Assembly (NCBI GenBank): GCA_049694795.1
Contig: JBAVRG010000452.1
Span: 1 to 46,535 of the forward strand
Direction of reading: 5' to 3'
Source of the DNA: Mycobacteriales bacterium
Lineage (GTDB): Bacteria; Actinomycetota; Actinomycetes; Mycobacteriales; SCTD01
DNA length: 46,535 nucleotides
Each line of letters opens with the position of its first letter. The stretch's first letter is position 1. The notes under the pieces were generated by a model, which did no database searches, had not been told where the DNA came from, and worked only from the letters and a program-made list of their open reading frames with translations. This document shows, one piece after another, positions 31,808-41,420 of the stretch. Position numbers and translations under genes: made by a program.

Positions 31808-32499
31808 ACGGGCACCACGTCGCCGGCGCCGTACCGCGTCCGGCCCTCGTGGGTGAGCACCCACACCGACTGCCGGCCGTGGACGGTCCAGGTGCCGTCC
31901 GTGCCGACCAGCGCGGTGTCCTCGTCGACCCCGAGCAGGGTCACGCCGTCGGGCAGGCGCCCCAGGTAGTGGCCCACCAGGTCGGGCATCCACTCCACGA
32001 AGCGGTCGAAGTGCGGGATGACCTGCAGGTGCCCGACGACGCCGAGGCCGGGCTGCGGCTCGGCCAGCGGCTGCCGGATGTCGGGCACCCACGAGGTCAG
32101 CGCCATCGCCCCTGCGCTGCACCCCGCGAGGGCCGCGCCGCCCTCCCAGGCACGCCGGATCGCCTCCCACACCCGGGTCCCACGCAGCGTCGCGGCCAGG
32201 TACGGCGGGTTGCCCCCCGACAGGTAGACCAGCCCGGCGCCGTCCACGAGCGACGCGAGGTCCTCGTTGTCGGCGTCGTCGCGATCGCGCACGACCAGGG
32301 GCACGGCCTCCACGCCCAGCCGGGCCGCCTGCTGGCGGCCGAGGGCCACCCATCGGGCCAGCGACTCGTCGCCCTCGGGTGCGGCGGCGGTCGGCAGCTG
32401 CACGTACCGCGGGGGGCGGCCCTGCAGCAGCAGACCCTCGGTCTCGGTCATCACCGTGAGGTACTCGCCGCTCCCGACGAGCGCGACCGGCCCGCTCAT
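31804..32499 (-). CDS. Peptidase S51 / type-1 glutamine-amidotransferase-like protein (cyanophycinase / dipeptidase E family)
   Basis: Start re-set to MSGPVALVGSGEY via the ATGA overlap at 32496-32499. Motifs are LSGGNP and the GCSAGAM nucleophile elbow. Product is 231 aa. Confidence 0.8.
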   Translation of the reverse strand: MSGPVALVGSGEYLTVMTETEGLLLQGRPPRYVQLPTAAAPEGDESLARWVALGRQQAARLGVEAVPLVVRDRDDADNEDLASLVDGAGLVYLSGGNPPYLAATLRGTRVWEAIRRAWEGGAALAGCSAGAMALTSWVPDIRQPLAEPQPGLGVVGHLQVIPHFDRFVEWMPDLVGHYLGRLPDGVTLLGVDEDTALVGTDGTWTVHGRQSVWVLTHEGRTRYGAGDVVPV

Positions 32500-33224
32500 G
32501 GCAGCAGGCCGAGCCCGCCGTCCAGGACGACGACCTCCCCGGTGACGTAGGCGGCCCGCAGCAGGCCGAGGACCACCTCGGCCACGTCGTCCGGCGTGGC
32601 GCTGCGCCTCAGCGGTGCCATGGCCGTGACCAGCGAACGGAGGTCGTGCCAGTCCTCGGTCCACGGGGTGTCGACCAGACCCGGGGCGACCGCGTTGACC
32701 CGGACGTCGGGACCGAGTGCCTTGGCGAGCAGCCGGGTCTGGTGGTTGAGCGCGGCCTTGCTCGCGGCGTAGGGGATCGAGCTGCCGGTCGGCTTGACGC
32801 CGGCCAGCGACGAGACGTTCACCACGCAGCCCTTGGCGGCGCGCAGGGCCTCCTCGGCGGCGGTGACGAGCACGAACGGCGCGATGACGTTGAGGTCGTA
32901 GAGGCGCCGCCAGATCTCCGGGGTGGCGGCCTTGAGGTCGGTGTGCGGGATGACCTCGGTGACACCGGCGTTGTTCACGAGGACGTCCAGCCGGCCGTGC
33001 GCCTCCAGGACCGCGTCGACCAGGCCGCGCGCGGCGCCGTCGTCGCTGAGGTCCGCCTGCAGGTAGCTGCCCCCGACCTCCGCGGCCACGGCCTGCCCGG
33101 CCTCGACCGAGCTGCGGCTGGTGACCACGACGGTGCACCCGTCGGCGGCGAGCCGGCGCGCGACCTGCGCGCCGATGCCGGAGGAGGAGCCGGTGACGAG
33201 GGCGACCTTCGAGCCGTTGGACAT
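32496..33224 (-). CDS. SDR family oxidoreductase
   Basis: Start re-set to MSNGSKVALVTGSSSGIG. Motifs are NNAG and YAASKAA. Product is 242 aa. Confidence 0.9.
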   Translation of the reverse strand: MSNGSKVALVTGSSSGIGAQVARRLAADGCTVVVTSRSSVEAGQAVAAEVGGSYLQADLSDDGAARGLVDAVLEAHGRLDVLVNNAGVTEVIPHTDLKAATPEIWRRLYDLNVIAPFVLVTAAEEALRAAKGCVVNVSSLAGVKPTGSSIPYAASKAALNHQTRLLAKALGPDVRVNAVAPGLVDTPWTEDWHDLRSLVTAMAPLRRSATPDDVAEVVLGLLRAAYVTGEVVVLDGGLGLLP

Positions 33225-33260
33225 GCCGCCGAACCTACCGACGTGCAGACTGGGCGCGCG

Positions 33261-34298
33261 ATGAGCAGTCACCCGAGCGCCCAGACGAGCAGCGGTCTCG
33301 ACACCCGGCCGGCCGACGTCCCCGCGGTGGACAGCGTCCTGCTGGTGTCCTTCGGCGGCCCTGAGGGGCCGGACGACGTACTGCCCTTCCTGGGGAACGT
33401 CACCCGCGGCCGGGGCATCCCGCCGGAGCGGCTCGAGGAGGTGGCGCGGCACTACCTCGAGGTGTTCGGGGGGGTGAGCCCGATCAACGAGCAGTGCCGC
33501 GCGCTGCAGGCCGCGCTGCAGGGCGCCCTGCCCGAGCTGCCCGTCTACTGGGGCAACCGCAACTGGCACCCGTTCCTGTCGGAGGCGCTCCAGCGGATGG
33601 CCGACGACGGCCGTCGGCACGCCGTGGCGGTGGTGACGTCGGCCTTCCCGTCCTACTCGGGGTGCCGGCAGTACCGCGAGGACATCGCCCGCGCCGCCGT
33701 ACCGGGTGGGCCGGTGGTGACCAAGCTCCGGCACTACTACTGCGAGGAGGGCTTCCTCGCGCCGATGCGCAGGAGCGTCGCCGCGGCCTCGCGCGGGCTA
33801 CGCGCCCCCCGCTTGGTCTTCACCGCGCACTCGATCCCGCTGGTCATGGCCGACACCAGCGGCCCGTCGGGGGGCGCCTACGTCGAGGCGCTGCGGACCG
33901 CCGCCGGCCGGATCGCGGGGGAGCGGCCGTGGGACCTGGTGTTCCAGTCCCGCAGCGGTCCCCCTCAGGTGCCGTGGCTGGAGCCGGACGTGGGCGACCA
34001 CCTGGAGGCGCTGCGCGGCCAGGGCGTGGACGAGGTGGTGGTCGTGCCGGTGGGGTTCACCAGCGACCACGTCGAGGTCGTCTACGACCTCGACGTGCAG
34101 GCTCGTAGCCGGGCGGAGCAGCTGGGACTGACGATGCGACGCGCCGCGACCGTCGGCACCGACCCGGCGTTCGTCGGCATGCTCGCCGACCTGGTGCGGG
34201 AGCGGGCAGCGGCCTCGGAGGAGCTGGCCGACCACGGCTGCGTCGCCACCCACGACCGCTGCCCGGCAGGGTGCTGCCCGCCCCCGCGCCGCCCTTAG
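33261..34298 (+). CDS. hemH: Ferrochelatase (actinobacterial coproporphyrin ferrochelatase type with C-terminal Cys cluster)
   Basis: 345 aa with LLVSFGGPEGPDDV, FTAHSIP and the VPVGFTSDHVEV motif. The C-terminal tail CVATHDRCPAGCC is consistent with a [2Fe-2S] site. Confidence 0.9.
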   Translation: MSSHPSAQTSSGLDTRPADVPAVDSVLLVSFGGPEGPDDVLPFLGNVTRGRGIPPERLEEVARHYLEVFGGVSPINEQCRALQAALQGALPELPVYWGNRNWHPFLSEALQRMADDGRRHAVAVVTSAFPSYSGCRQYREDIARAAVPGGPVVTKLRHYYCEEGFLAPMRRSVAAASRGLRAPRLVFTAHSIPLVMADTSGPSGGAYVEALRTAAGRIAGERPWDLVFQSRSGPPQVPWLEPDVGDHLEALRGQGVDEVVVVPVGFTSDHVEVVYDLDVQARSRAEQLGLTMRRAATVGTDPAFVGMLADLVRERAAASEELADHGCVATHDRCPAGCCPPPRRP

Positions 34299-35080
34299 GA
34301 CCGGCGCTTGTCGGCGACCTTGTCGGGGACCTGGAGCAGCCGCAGCACCGTGACCAGGCCCAGGCCGCCCACCATGTTGCCCAGGACCGCGAAGCCCAGC
34401 AGGCCCAGCCAGTCGACGTACCCGAAGGCGGCGCCGGCGTGCAGCGCGGAGAACGTCACCAACGACGCCACGATCGCGTGGTCGAGCTTGCCCGCGCCCA
34501 GCAGGAACCCCATGGCCACAGAGGGGACCAGCTTCACGCCGTCGCTGTCGGTGGCGTGCTGCATGTGGGTCATGAGCGTGATGACGAAGCCTCCGAGGAG
34601 GGCCAGCGCGAAGGCCTTCCCGCTGACGCCGAGCCCGATGTAGAAGCCCGCGGCCTCGCGGGCGGTGTCGTGCAGCTGCGGGAAGCCCAGCATCACCAGA
34701 CCGGTGATCACCCAGCCGCCGAGGAGGTTGGTGGCCAGGCTCACGCCCCACATCCGCAGCAGCGCGACCAGGCCGGCCTCCCGGGCGACGACGGCGGTGA
34801 CGGGCACCAGGAAGTTCTCCGTGAACAGCTCGCTGCGCGCCAGCGACAGGGCGACGAAGCCGATCGAGAACGCCAGCCCGGCCAGCAGCGGGTTGTGGGT
34901 CTCGTGCTCGACGAGCAGCAGCGCGAGCACCCCGGTGCCGACGTCGAGGCCGCCGAGCAGGCCGGTGGCGACCTGACCCCAGCCGGACCTGCCGAGGCGC
35001 TGGTTGCCCTCGCGCACGAGGCGCTCGAAGGTCTGCTCGCTCTCCTGCTGCGGTACGGCGGGACGGGTGGCGGTGGGCAT
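34295..35080 (-). CDS. Formate/nitrite transporter (FNT) family channel
   Basis: 261 aa with six hydrophobic segments and FNT-like motifs (..SELFTENFL.. and ..AGKLDHAIV..). Confidence 0.8.
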   Translation of the reverse strand: MPTATRPAVPQQESEQTFERLVREGNQRLGRSGWGQVATGLLGGLDVGTGVLALLLVEHETHNPLLAGLAFSIGFVALSLARSELFTENFLVPVTAVVAREAGLVALLRMWGVSLATNLLGGWVITGLVMLGFPQLHDTAREAAGFYIGLGVSGKAFALALLGGFVITLMTHMQHATDSDGVKLVPSVAMGFLLGAGKLDHAIVASLVTFSALHAGAAFGYVDWLGLLGFAVLGNMVGGLGLVTVLRLLQVPDKVADKRRS

Positions 35081-35127
35081 GCCTCCGGTCTGCCCGACGT
35101 GGCCCGGCGTACGCGCGCAGCGCGCCC

Positions 35128-36285
35128 TCAGAGAGCCTGCTCGACCTCGTCGCGGGGGATGCCGAGCAGGAACAGCACGGCGTCGAGGAAGGGCACCGAC
35201 AGGGCGGCGTCGGCGGCGTCGCGCACGACCGGCTTGGCGTTGAAGGCGATCCCGAGCCCGGCTGCCTCGAGCATGTCAAGGTCGTTCGCCCCGTCGCCGA
35301 TGGCGACCGTCTGCTCGGGACGCAGGCCCTCCTCCGCCGCGAACCGGCGGAGCGCCGCGGCCTTGCCCGCGCGGTCGACGACGTCGCCCACCACCTGGCC
35401 GGTGAGGCGGCCGTCGCGGACCTCCAGCACGTTGGCGAGCGCGTGGTCCAGCCCGAGCTGGTCGCGCAGGTCGTCGGTGACGGCGGTGAAGCCGCCGCTC
35501 ACGATGCCGACCGTCCAGCCCAGCCGCTTGAGCGTGCGCACGAGGGTGCGGCCGCCAGGGGTGAGCCGCACGCCGGCCCGCACCCGGTCGACGGCCTGCA
35601 CGGGCAGCCCCTCGAGCAGCGCGACCCGGGCGCGCAGCGACTGCTCGAAGTCGAGCTCGCCGGCCATCGCCGCCGCCGTGACCCGGGCCACCTCGGCCTC
35701 GCAGCCGGCCTCGGCCGCGAGCATCTCGATCACCTCGCCCTGCACGAGGGTGGAGTCGACGTCCATCACGACCAGGCGCTTGGCCCGGCGGTAGATCGAC
35801 GCGCGCTCCACCGCGACGTCGACCTGCTGGAGAACCGCCTCAGCGGCCAGCTCGTGCCGCAGCTGGTGGGTGTCCCCACCGGACACGACCAGCTCGAAGG
35901 ACTGCGCGGGCCACGAGGAGAGCCGCACCACCCGCTCGATGTTGGCGCCGCAGGTCGCGAGCCGGCGGGTGATGCCGGCCAGTGCAGCCGGCGGCAGCGG
36001 GACGCCGAGGACGACGACGTGGTGGCGGTGGGCGGCTTCGGGCTCCGCGTCCTCGAGCGGGGTGAACTCGACCTCCACCCCGAGGGCTGCGGCCGCCTCC
36101 GCGAGGGCTGCTGTGACGGCCGCGCCGTCGCCCTCGCCGGCGATCACGACCCCCAGCAGGAGGCGGCCGTGCACGACCACCTGCTCGACGTCCTCGACGG
36201 TGGCGCCGTGCGCGGTGAGAACGTCCATGAGCGCTGCCGTGACCCCGGGGTGGTCGCGGCCGGTGACGGTGACGAGCAGGCTCAC
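35128..36285 (-). CDS. serB: Phosphoserine phosphatase SerB with N-terminal ACT domains
   Basis: GTG start re-set via the GTGA overlap at 36282-36285. HAD motifs are VVMDVDSTL and GDGANDL, preceded by two ACT-like repeats. Product is 385 aa. Confidence 0.9.
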   Translation of the reverse strand: MSLLVTVTGRDHPGVTAALMDVLTAHGATVEDVEQVVVHGRLLLGVVIAGEGDGAAVTAALAEAAAALGVEVEFTPLEDAEPEAAHRHHVVVLGVPLPPAALAGITRRLATCGANIERVVRLSSWPAQSFELVVSGGDTHQLRHELAAEAVLQQVDVAVERASIYRRAKRLVVMDVDSTLVQGEVIEMLAAEAGCEAEVARVTAAAMAGELDFEQSLRARVALLEGLPVQAVDRVRAGVRLTPGGRTLVRTLKRLGWTVGIVSGGFTAVTDDLRDQLGLDHALANVLEVRDGRLTGQVVGDVVDRAGKAAALRRFAAEEGLRPEQTVAIGDGANDLDMLEAAGLGIAFNAKPVVRDAADAALSVPFLDAVLFLLGIPRDEVEQAL

Positions 36286-37070
36286 GAGGTGCTCGCGTTG
36301 TAGGCCGCGACGCGGGCCCGCCGCACCACGCGGGCGAGCTCGCGCAGCACCTGGTCGCGGGCCTCGGCCTCGCGGGCGTCCACCGCCCCGCCGACGTCCT
36401 GCTGGGCGAGGTGGATGACCGCCGCGAGCTGGCGTGCCCGGACGAGCACCTCGCGGGCCCTCGGGGGCCACGAGCCGGGCAGCTCGTCCTCGTCGATGCC
36501 CCGCCGGGTCGTGCGCCGAAGGTCCTGCAGGGCGTCCCCGATCTCGGGGTTCCAGCGCGCCACGTCGAGGTCCGCCAGCGCGCGGGCGGCCTCGACCACC
36601 CCGACGCGCAGGTCGTGCTCGGCCTCGTGCAGGAACGGCCCTTGGTCCGGCCCGCTGACCTCCACCGGGTACGTCGTCCAGACCACCGTGGTGACGGTGC
36701 CGTCGAGCTCGGACCCGTGGCTGGTGAGGCTCGGCACCAGGCCCGTGCCGGTGCCGTCCGGGCGCAGGGCGAGGACGCCCTCACCGGCGCTCAGGGCCTC
36801 CTGCGTGAACGGTCCCGGGCCGGGCAGGCCGAGCGGGTCGCCGGGGGCAGGCAGCGCGAGTCGCAGGCGGGTGACGCCGTCGGCGCGCAGCCGCCCGACG
36901 GCCTGGTCGAGCTCGAGGTCCTCCACCCACAGCCCCGAGACGGTGTGGTTCTCGTCGTGGGCGGTGACCCGCTCCACCAGCTCGGGCAGCGACGCCTCGC
37001 CTGCCAGCCAGGCGTTCGTCCAGCACGCGAGCAGCGCGCTGCGCGGCGGGACGGGAGCGGACCAGGACAC
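36282..37070 (-). CDS. Hypothetical protein coupled to serB (about 262 aa)
   Basis: This is the C-terminal part of ORF 36282..38030, in frame and with high GC3. Its stop overlaps the serB start. The GTG start at 37070 is provisional because no clear RBS is present. Confidence 0.55.
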   Translation of the reverse strand: MSWSAPVPPRSALLACWTNAWLAGEASLPELVERVTAHDENHTVSGLWVEDLELDQAVGRLRADGVTRLRLALPAPGDPLGLPGPGPFTQEALSAGEGVLALRPDGTGTGLVPSLTSHGSELDGTVTTVVWTTYPVEVSGPDQGPFLHEAEHDLRVGVVEAARALADLDVARWNPEIGDALQDLRRTTRRGIDEDELPGSWPPRAREVLVRARQLAAVIHLAQQDVGGAVDAREAEARDQVLRELARVVRRARVAAYNASTS

Positions 37071-37190
37071 GAGACAGGAGCCTAGGAGGCGCTCCCCGGC
37101 AGCCGCCCACCGCCGTGCCGTTCGGCTGCTGCACGCCGTGCGCCCGTGTCGGTCGCCCCGCGACCGGGTCCTGGCGCCTAGCGTCGCGGA

Positions 37191-37982
37191 GTGCGCTCCT
37201 ACGACGGCATCGACCTCTCGGCCCCGAAGAAGACCCCGCCCCCGGCGGTGCCGGCCGAGGCCGGGCTGGTCGTCGAGGAGGTGCTCTCGGGCTGGTGCGG
37301 CGCGGTCGTGGAGTGCGACAAGGAGCGCGTCAGCCTCGAGGACCGGCGCGGCAAGGTGCGGGTGTTCCCGCTGGGGGTGTTCCTGCTCGAGGGCCGGCCG
37401 GTGACCCTCGTGCGGCCCGTCCGCACCGCCACCAAGGGCCCGCAGCGCACCGCGAGCGGGTCGGTCGCCGTACCGGGGCTGACGGCCCGCGTCGCGCGCG
37501 GCAGCCGCATCTGGGTGGAGGGCAAGCACGACGCCGAGCTGGTCGAGCGGGTCTGGGGCCACGACCTGCGGGTCGAGGGCGTGGTGGTCGAGCCGCTCGA
37601 CGGCGTCGACGACCTGCCGGGTCTCGTGCAGCGCTTCGGTCCGCGCCGCGACCAGCGGCTCGGCGTGCTCGTCGACCACCTCGTCGCCGGCAGCAAGGAG
37701 AGCCGCGTGGTGGCGCAGGTCACCAGCCCGCACGTGCTGGTGACGGGGCACCCGTACGTCGACATCTGGCAGGCCGTGAAGCCCAAGGCACTCGGCATCC
37801 CGGCGTGGCCGACGGTGCCCAAGGGCACGCCCTGGAAGGAGGGCGTCTGCGCGGCCCTGGGCTGGGGCGAGAGCTGGGAGGGCTGGCGGCGCGTACTGGC
37901 CGCGGTCGACAGCTACGCGGACCTGGAGGTGCCGCTGCTGCAGTCGGTGGAGCGGCTCATCGACTTCGTCACAGAGCCCTGA
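37191..37982 (+). CDS. Conserved actinobacterial protein (DUF3097-like)
   Basis: 263 aa with RIWVEGKHDAELVERVWGHDLRVEGVVVEPLDG.DDL, a Toprim-like signature as I recall it for that family. Confidence 0.75.
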   Translation: MRSYDGIDLSAPKKTPPPAVPAEAGLVVEEVLSGWCGAVVECDKERVSLEDRRGKVRVFPLGVFLLEGRPVTLVRPVRTATKGPQRTASGSVAVPGLTARVARGSRIWVEGKHDAELVERVWGHDLRVEGVVVEPLDGVDDLPGLVQRFGPRRDQRLGVLVDHLVAGSKESRVVAQVTSPHVLVTGHPYVDIWQAVKPKALGIPAWPTVPKGTPWKEGVCAALGWGESWEGWRRVLAAVDSYADLEVPLLQSVERLIDFVTEP

Positions 37983-37985
37983 GGC

Positions 37986-38027
37986 GCGACGAAGGGGCGG
38001 CCCCGTCCGGGACCGCCCCTTCGTCGC
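37986..38027. terminator. Bidirectional hairpin terminator
   Basis: 15-bp stem (37986-38000 / 38013-38027, core GACGAAGGGGCGG / CCGCCCCTTCGTC) with a 12-nt loop, between convergent genes. Confidence 0.7.
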
Positions 38028-38030
38028 CAC

Positions 38031-38174
38031 TCACCAGACCCTGCGGCGTGCACCACCCATCGGCACGAAGTTGAGGACCAGGCCCACCAGCAGGAGGATG
38101 ATCCCGAGGGTGAACAGGATGTTCACGCTGGTGACCAGGCCAAGGATGAGGAGGATGAGTCCGAGCACGATCAC
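38031..38174 (-). CDS. Small two-helix hydrophobic protein (47 aa)
   Basis: Start re-set to GTG (VIVLGLILLILGLV..) with AAGGAG 6 nt upstream. The listed 69-aa N-terminal extension is not hydrophobic and lacks an RBS. Confidence 0.65.
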   Translation of the reverse strand: MIVLGLILLILGLVTSVNILFTLGIILLLVGLVLNFVPMGGARRRVW

Positions 38175-38269
38175 GGGGGTCTCCTTCGTCGCTCTGTCTG
38201 CACCTGTTGGTGCTTGACCACGACATGCCCTGGTAGTCAAGGGATCTAACCCTCCCAGGCCCAGGAAGA

Positions 38270-39235
38270 TCAGACTGCGGACAAAGCGGGCACAACCGGC
38301 GCGTCGGCGCCGCTGAGCAGGTCGCGCCAGACGTCCGCGTCGTGCTGCGCGGGACGGGTGGTGGCGAGGAAGGCGCGCACCGTGTCGACGAACTGCTCGG
38401 GACGGCTGCGGTGCGGCAGGTGGCCGGCGCGGGCGACCACCTCGAGCCGCGCGCCGGGAAGCGCGTCGGCAGCCACCCGCGCGTGCGCGACGGGCACGAC
38501 CGGGTCGCGGTCGCCCCAGACCAGCAGCGTCGGGACCGCGGCGGCGAGGTAGAGGCGGTCGCGGCTGGTCACCGCCTGGCCGCGGACGTCGACCACCGAG
38601 CGCAGCGTGCGCAGGAACGCGGTGCGGGTGGCCCGGTCACGCAGCCCCTCCCAGATCGTCGCGACCTCCTCGACGTCGCTGCTGTCCAGCAGCCCGAGCC
38701 GCGCGACCTGCCGGGACAGGGCAAGGACCGGTTCGCGGAAGAGCCGGCGCGAGGTCAGCGCGATGGCAGCGGACGCGCCGGGCACCGCGGAGGCGCGCAG
38801 CAGCGGGTTGACCTCGGCGCCCAGGCCCCCGGACGCGACGAGCACGAGGCGCTCGACCCGCTCGGGGTACTGGTAGGCGAACTGCAGCGCGACCCCACCA
38901 CCGAGGCTGTGCCCGACGAGCGTGGCGCGCTCCACGCCGAGCACCACCATCAGGTCGCGCATGCCGTTGGCGAAGCCTCCGACCGAGTAGTCCGCCCGCG
39001 GTTTGTCGGACTCCCCGTGGCCCAGCAGGTCGGGCGCGACCACGGTGCACCCCTCCGACAGCAGCGGTACGACGTCGTCCCACGTCCGGGAGGAGTCCCC
39101 GATGCCGTGGATGAGCCAGACGACGGGCGCGGTGCCGACCGGCGGCCCGGCCACCAGGAAAGCCCTGCGGTAGCCGTGCACGACCCGGTACTCGCGACGG
39201 AGCGGGACCTGGAGCATGCGGGCATGCTGCACCAC
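38270..39235 (-). CDS. Alpha/beta-fold hydrolase
   Basis: 321 aa with HG oxyanion motif (WLIHGIGDS), GHSLGG nucleophile elbow and the C-terminal Asp/His region. Confidence 0.88.
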   Translation of the reverse strand: MVQHARMLQVPLRREYRVVHGYRRAFLVAGPPVGTAPVVWLIHGIGDSSRTWDDVVPLLSEGCTVVAPDLLGHGESDKPRADYSVGGFANGMRDLMVVLGVERATLVGHSLGGGVALQFAYQYPERVERLVLVASGGLGAEVNPLLRASAVPGASAAIALTSRRLFREPVLALSRQVARLGLLDSSDVEEVATIWEGLRDRATRTAFLRTLRSVVDVRGQAVTSRDRLYLAAAVPTLLVWGDRDPVVPVAHARVAADALPGARLEVVARAGHLPHRSRPEQFVDTVRAFLATTRPAQHDADVWRDLLSGADAPVVPALSAV

Positions 39236-39368
39236 CGGTGTTTCGCGGTGATGTCACGGCGCGCCGGAAGGCACCTGGACGTGCCGCTCGCCTAGTGTCG
39301 TCGGGTCGCTGCCCGGCCCTTCCCCACGGGACGACCTCCAGCGCGCACGCACGACCGGAAAGAGCACG

Positions 39369-41081
39369 TTGACCGTCCCGCAAGCCGTACCCGACGCTCC
39401 CGTCGCGGCCCCTCTCCGGGCCTGGCAGCGCAGTGCCCTCGTGAGCTACCTGCGCAGCAACCCGCGCGACTTCCTCGCCGTCGCCACCCCCGGTGCCGGC
39501 AAGACCACCTTCGCCCTGCGGATCGCCTCCGAGCTGCTCGCGAGCGGGGCGGTGCAGGCGGTCACGGTGGTCGCCCCCACCGAGCACCTGAAGACCCAGT
39601 GGGCGCTCGCCGCGGCCCGGGTCGGGATCATGCTGGACCCTGGCTTCAAGAACTCCATGGGCGCCACCAGCGCCGACTTCCACGGCGTCGCGGTCACCTA
39701 CGCCGGGGTCGCCGCGCACCCGCTGCTGCACCGTGCGCGCACCGAGCGCCGGCGCACCCTCGTCATCCTGGACGAGGTCCACCACGCCGGTGACGCCCTC
39801 TCGTGGGGCGACGCGGTGCGGGAGGCGTTCGAGCCGGCAGCTCGTCGGCTGTGCCTGACCGGGACGCCGTTCCGCTCCGACACCAACCCGATCCCGTTCG
39901 TCCGCTACGAGCGAGGCCCCGACGGCATCACCCGGTCAGCTTCGGACCACTCCTACGGCTACAGCGACGCGCTGCGCGACGGTGTCGTGCGCCCGGTGCT
40001 GTTCCTGGCCTACTCCGGTACGGCGACCTGGAAGACCAGGGCAGGGGAGGAGATCACCGCCACCCTCGGGGAGCCGCTGACGGTCGAGCAGACGGCGCAC
40101 GCCTGGCGCACCGCGCTGGACCCGCACGGCGACTGGATGCCGGCGGTGCTCGAAGCTGCCGACCGCCGGCTGACCGAGGTCCGGCGCGGGATGCCGGACG
40201 CCGGCGGCATGGTCATCGCCAGCGACCACAAGAACGCCAAGCTCTACGCCGAGCTGCTGCAGGGCATCACCGGAAAGCCGCCCGTGGTGGTGCTCTCCGA
40301 CGACCCGGGTGCCTCCAAGAAGATCGCTGCTTTCGACGCCTCCGACGACCGCTGGCTCGTCGCGGTCCGGATGGTGTCGGAGGGTGTCGACATCCCGCGC
40401 CTGGCCGTCGGCGTCTACGGCACCTCGGTGCAGACGCCGTTGTTCTTCGCCCAGGCCGTCGGGCGGTTCGTCCGCAACCGGCGCCCCGGGGAGACGGCCT
40501 CGGTCTTCCTGCCCTCGGTGCCGGTGCTGCTGGCGCTGGCTGCCGAGATGGAGGCCGAGCGCGATCACGCCCTCGACGGGCCGGCGAAGGAGCAGTTCCT
40601 GGCCGACGAGCTGCTCGCGGCCGCCAACCGCACCGAGAAGGAGGGCGAGGACGAACCGGGCTTCGTCGCGCTGCAGGCCTCCGCGCACCTCGACCGGGTC
40701 ATCTACGACGGCGGTGAGTACGGCACCGGCGCGGCGGTCGGCTCCGAGGACGAGCAGGACTTCCTCGGGCTGCCGGGGCTGCTCGAGCCCGACCAGGTGG
40801 CGCTGCTGCTGCGGCAGCACCAGGCCAAGCAGCTCCAGAAGGGCCCGGTCGTGCCGCCACCGGTGGAGCGCGACAAGACTGCCTTCGAGGTGCTGTCGGG
40901 GCTGCGCAAGGAGCTCAACGGCCTGGTGGGGGCGTGGCACCACCGCACCGGCAAGCAGCACGGTGCGATCCACGCCGAGCTGCGCAGCGCCTGCGGCGGC
41001 CCGCCGTCCGCGCAGGCGACCGCGCAGCAGCTGCAGGACCGGATCGAGACCATGCGTCGCTGGGCCCGCGAGCGGCGCTGA
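39369..41081 (+). CDS. Superfamily-2 DEAD/DEAH-box helicase (ResIII-like)
   Basis: 570 aa with Walker A TPGAGKT, DEVHH, TGTPFR and the C-terminal helicase lobe (MVSEGVDIPRL). TTG start. Confidence 0.88.
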   Translation: MTVPQAVPDAPVAAPLRAWQRSALVSYLRSNPRDFLAVATPGAGKTTFALRIASELLASGAVQAVTVVAPTEHLKTQWALAAARVGIMLDPGFKNSMGATSADFHGVAVTYAGVAAHPLLHRARTERRRTLVILDEVHHAGDALSWGDAVREAFEPAARRLCLTGTPFRSDTNPIPFVRYERGPDGITRSASDHSYGYSDALRDGVVRPVLFLAYSGTATWKTRAGEEITATLGEPLTVEQTAHAWRTALDPHGDWMPAVLEAADRRLTEVRRGMPDAGGMVIASDHKNAKLYAELLQGITGKPPVVVLSDDPGASKKIAAFDASDDRWLVAVRMVSEGVDIPRLAVGVYGTSVQTPLFFAQAVGRFVRNRRPGETASVFLPSVPVLLALAAEMEAERDHALDGPAKEQFLADELLAAANRTEKEGEDEPGFVALQASAHLDRVIYDGGEYGTGAAVGSEDEQDFLGLPGLLEPDQVALLLRQHQAKQLQKGPVVPPPVERDKTAFEVLSGLRKELNGLVGAWHHRTGKQHGAIHAELRSACGGPPSAQATAQQLQDRIETMRRWARERR

Positions 41082-41120
41082 CCTCAGCGGGAACGCCTCT
41101 TCGGCGAGGTTGCGCGGCAA

Positions 41121-41163
41121 CGCCTGGCCAGCTGCACGCGCAGGGCGCGCAGCTGGCCAGGCG
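41121..41163. terminator. Bidirectional hairpin terminator
   Basis: 15-bp stem (core CCTGGCCAGCTGC 41123-41135 / GCAGCTGGCCAGG 41149-41161) with a 13-nt loop, between the convergent helicase and DUF2277-like genes. Confidence 0.7.
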
Positions 41164-41189
41164 GTCGGCGAACGGGCCCGCGCCGGGGC

Positions 41190-41411
41190 TCAGCGCGAGC
41201 CGGGGGCGCCGCGGAGCACGAGGGCGTCGAGCAGGTCCTGGGTGGTCGCCGCGACGGCGTCCACGGCGGCCTCGAAGGCGGCGGTGTTGACGGTCGAGGG
41301 CGCGCGCATGCCGGCGACCTTCCGCACGTACTGCAGCGCGGCCGCGTGCACGTCCGCCTCGGTGACCTCAGGGGTCATCGGTGGCCGGAGCGTCTTGATC
41401 GACCGGCACAC
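41190..41411 (-). CDS. Small conserved protein (DUF2277-like)
   Basis: 73 aa with MCRSIKTLRPP..AALQYVRKV.., the N-terminal pattern I associate with that family. Confidence 0.7.
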   Translation of the reverse strand: MCRSIKTLRPPMTPEVTEADVHAAALQYVRKVAGMRAPSTVNTAAFEAAVDAVAATTQDLLDALVLRGAPGSR

Positions 41412-41420
41412 CGCGGGCTC

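Noticed and set aside
39369-41081. SF2/ResIII-type helicase as part of a restriction or phage-defence system.
   Set aside because: No adjacent methyltransferase, nuclease, or other defence partner is present. The neighbours are an alpha/beta hydrolase and small conserved housekeeping-type genes. The gene looks like the widely conserved actinobacterial stand-alone helicase.
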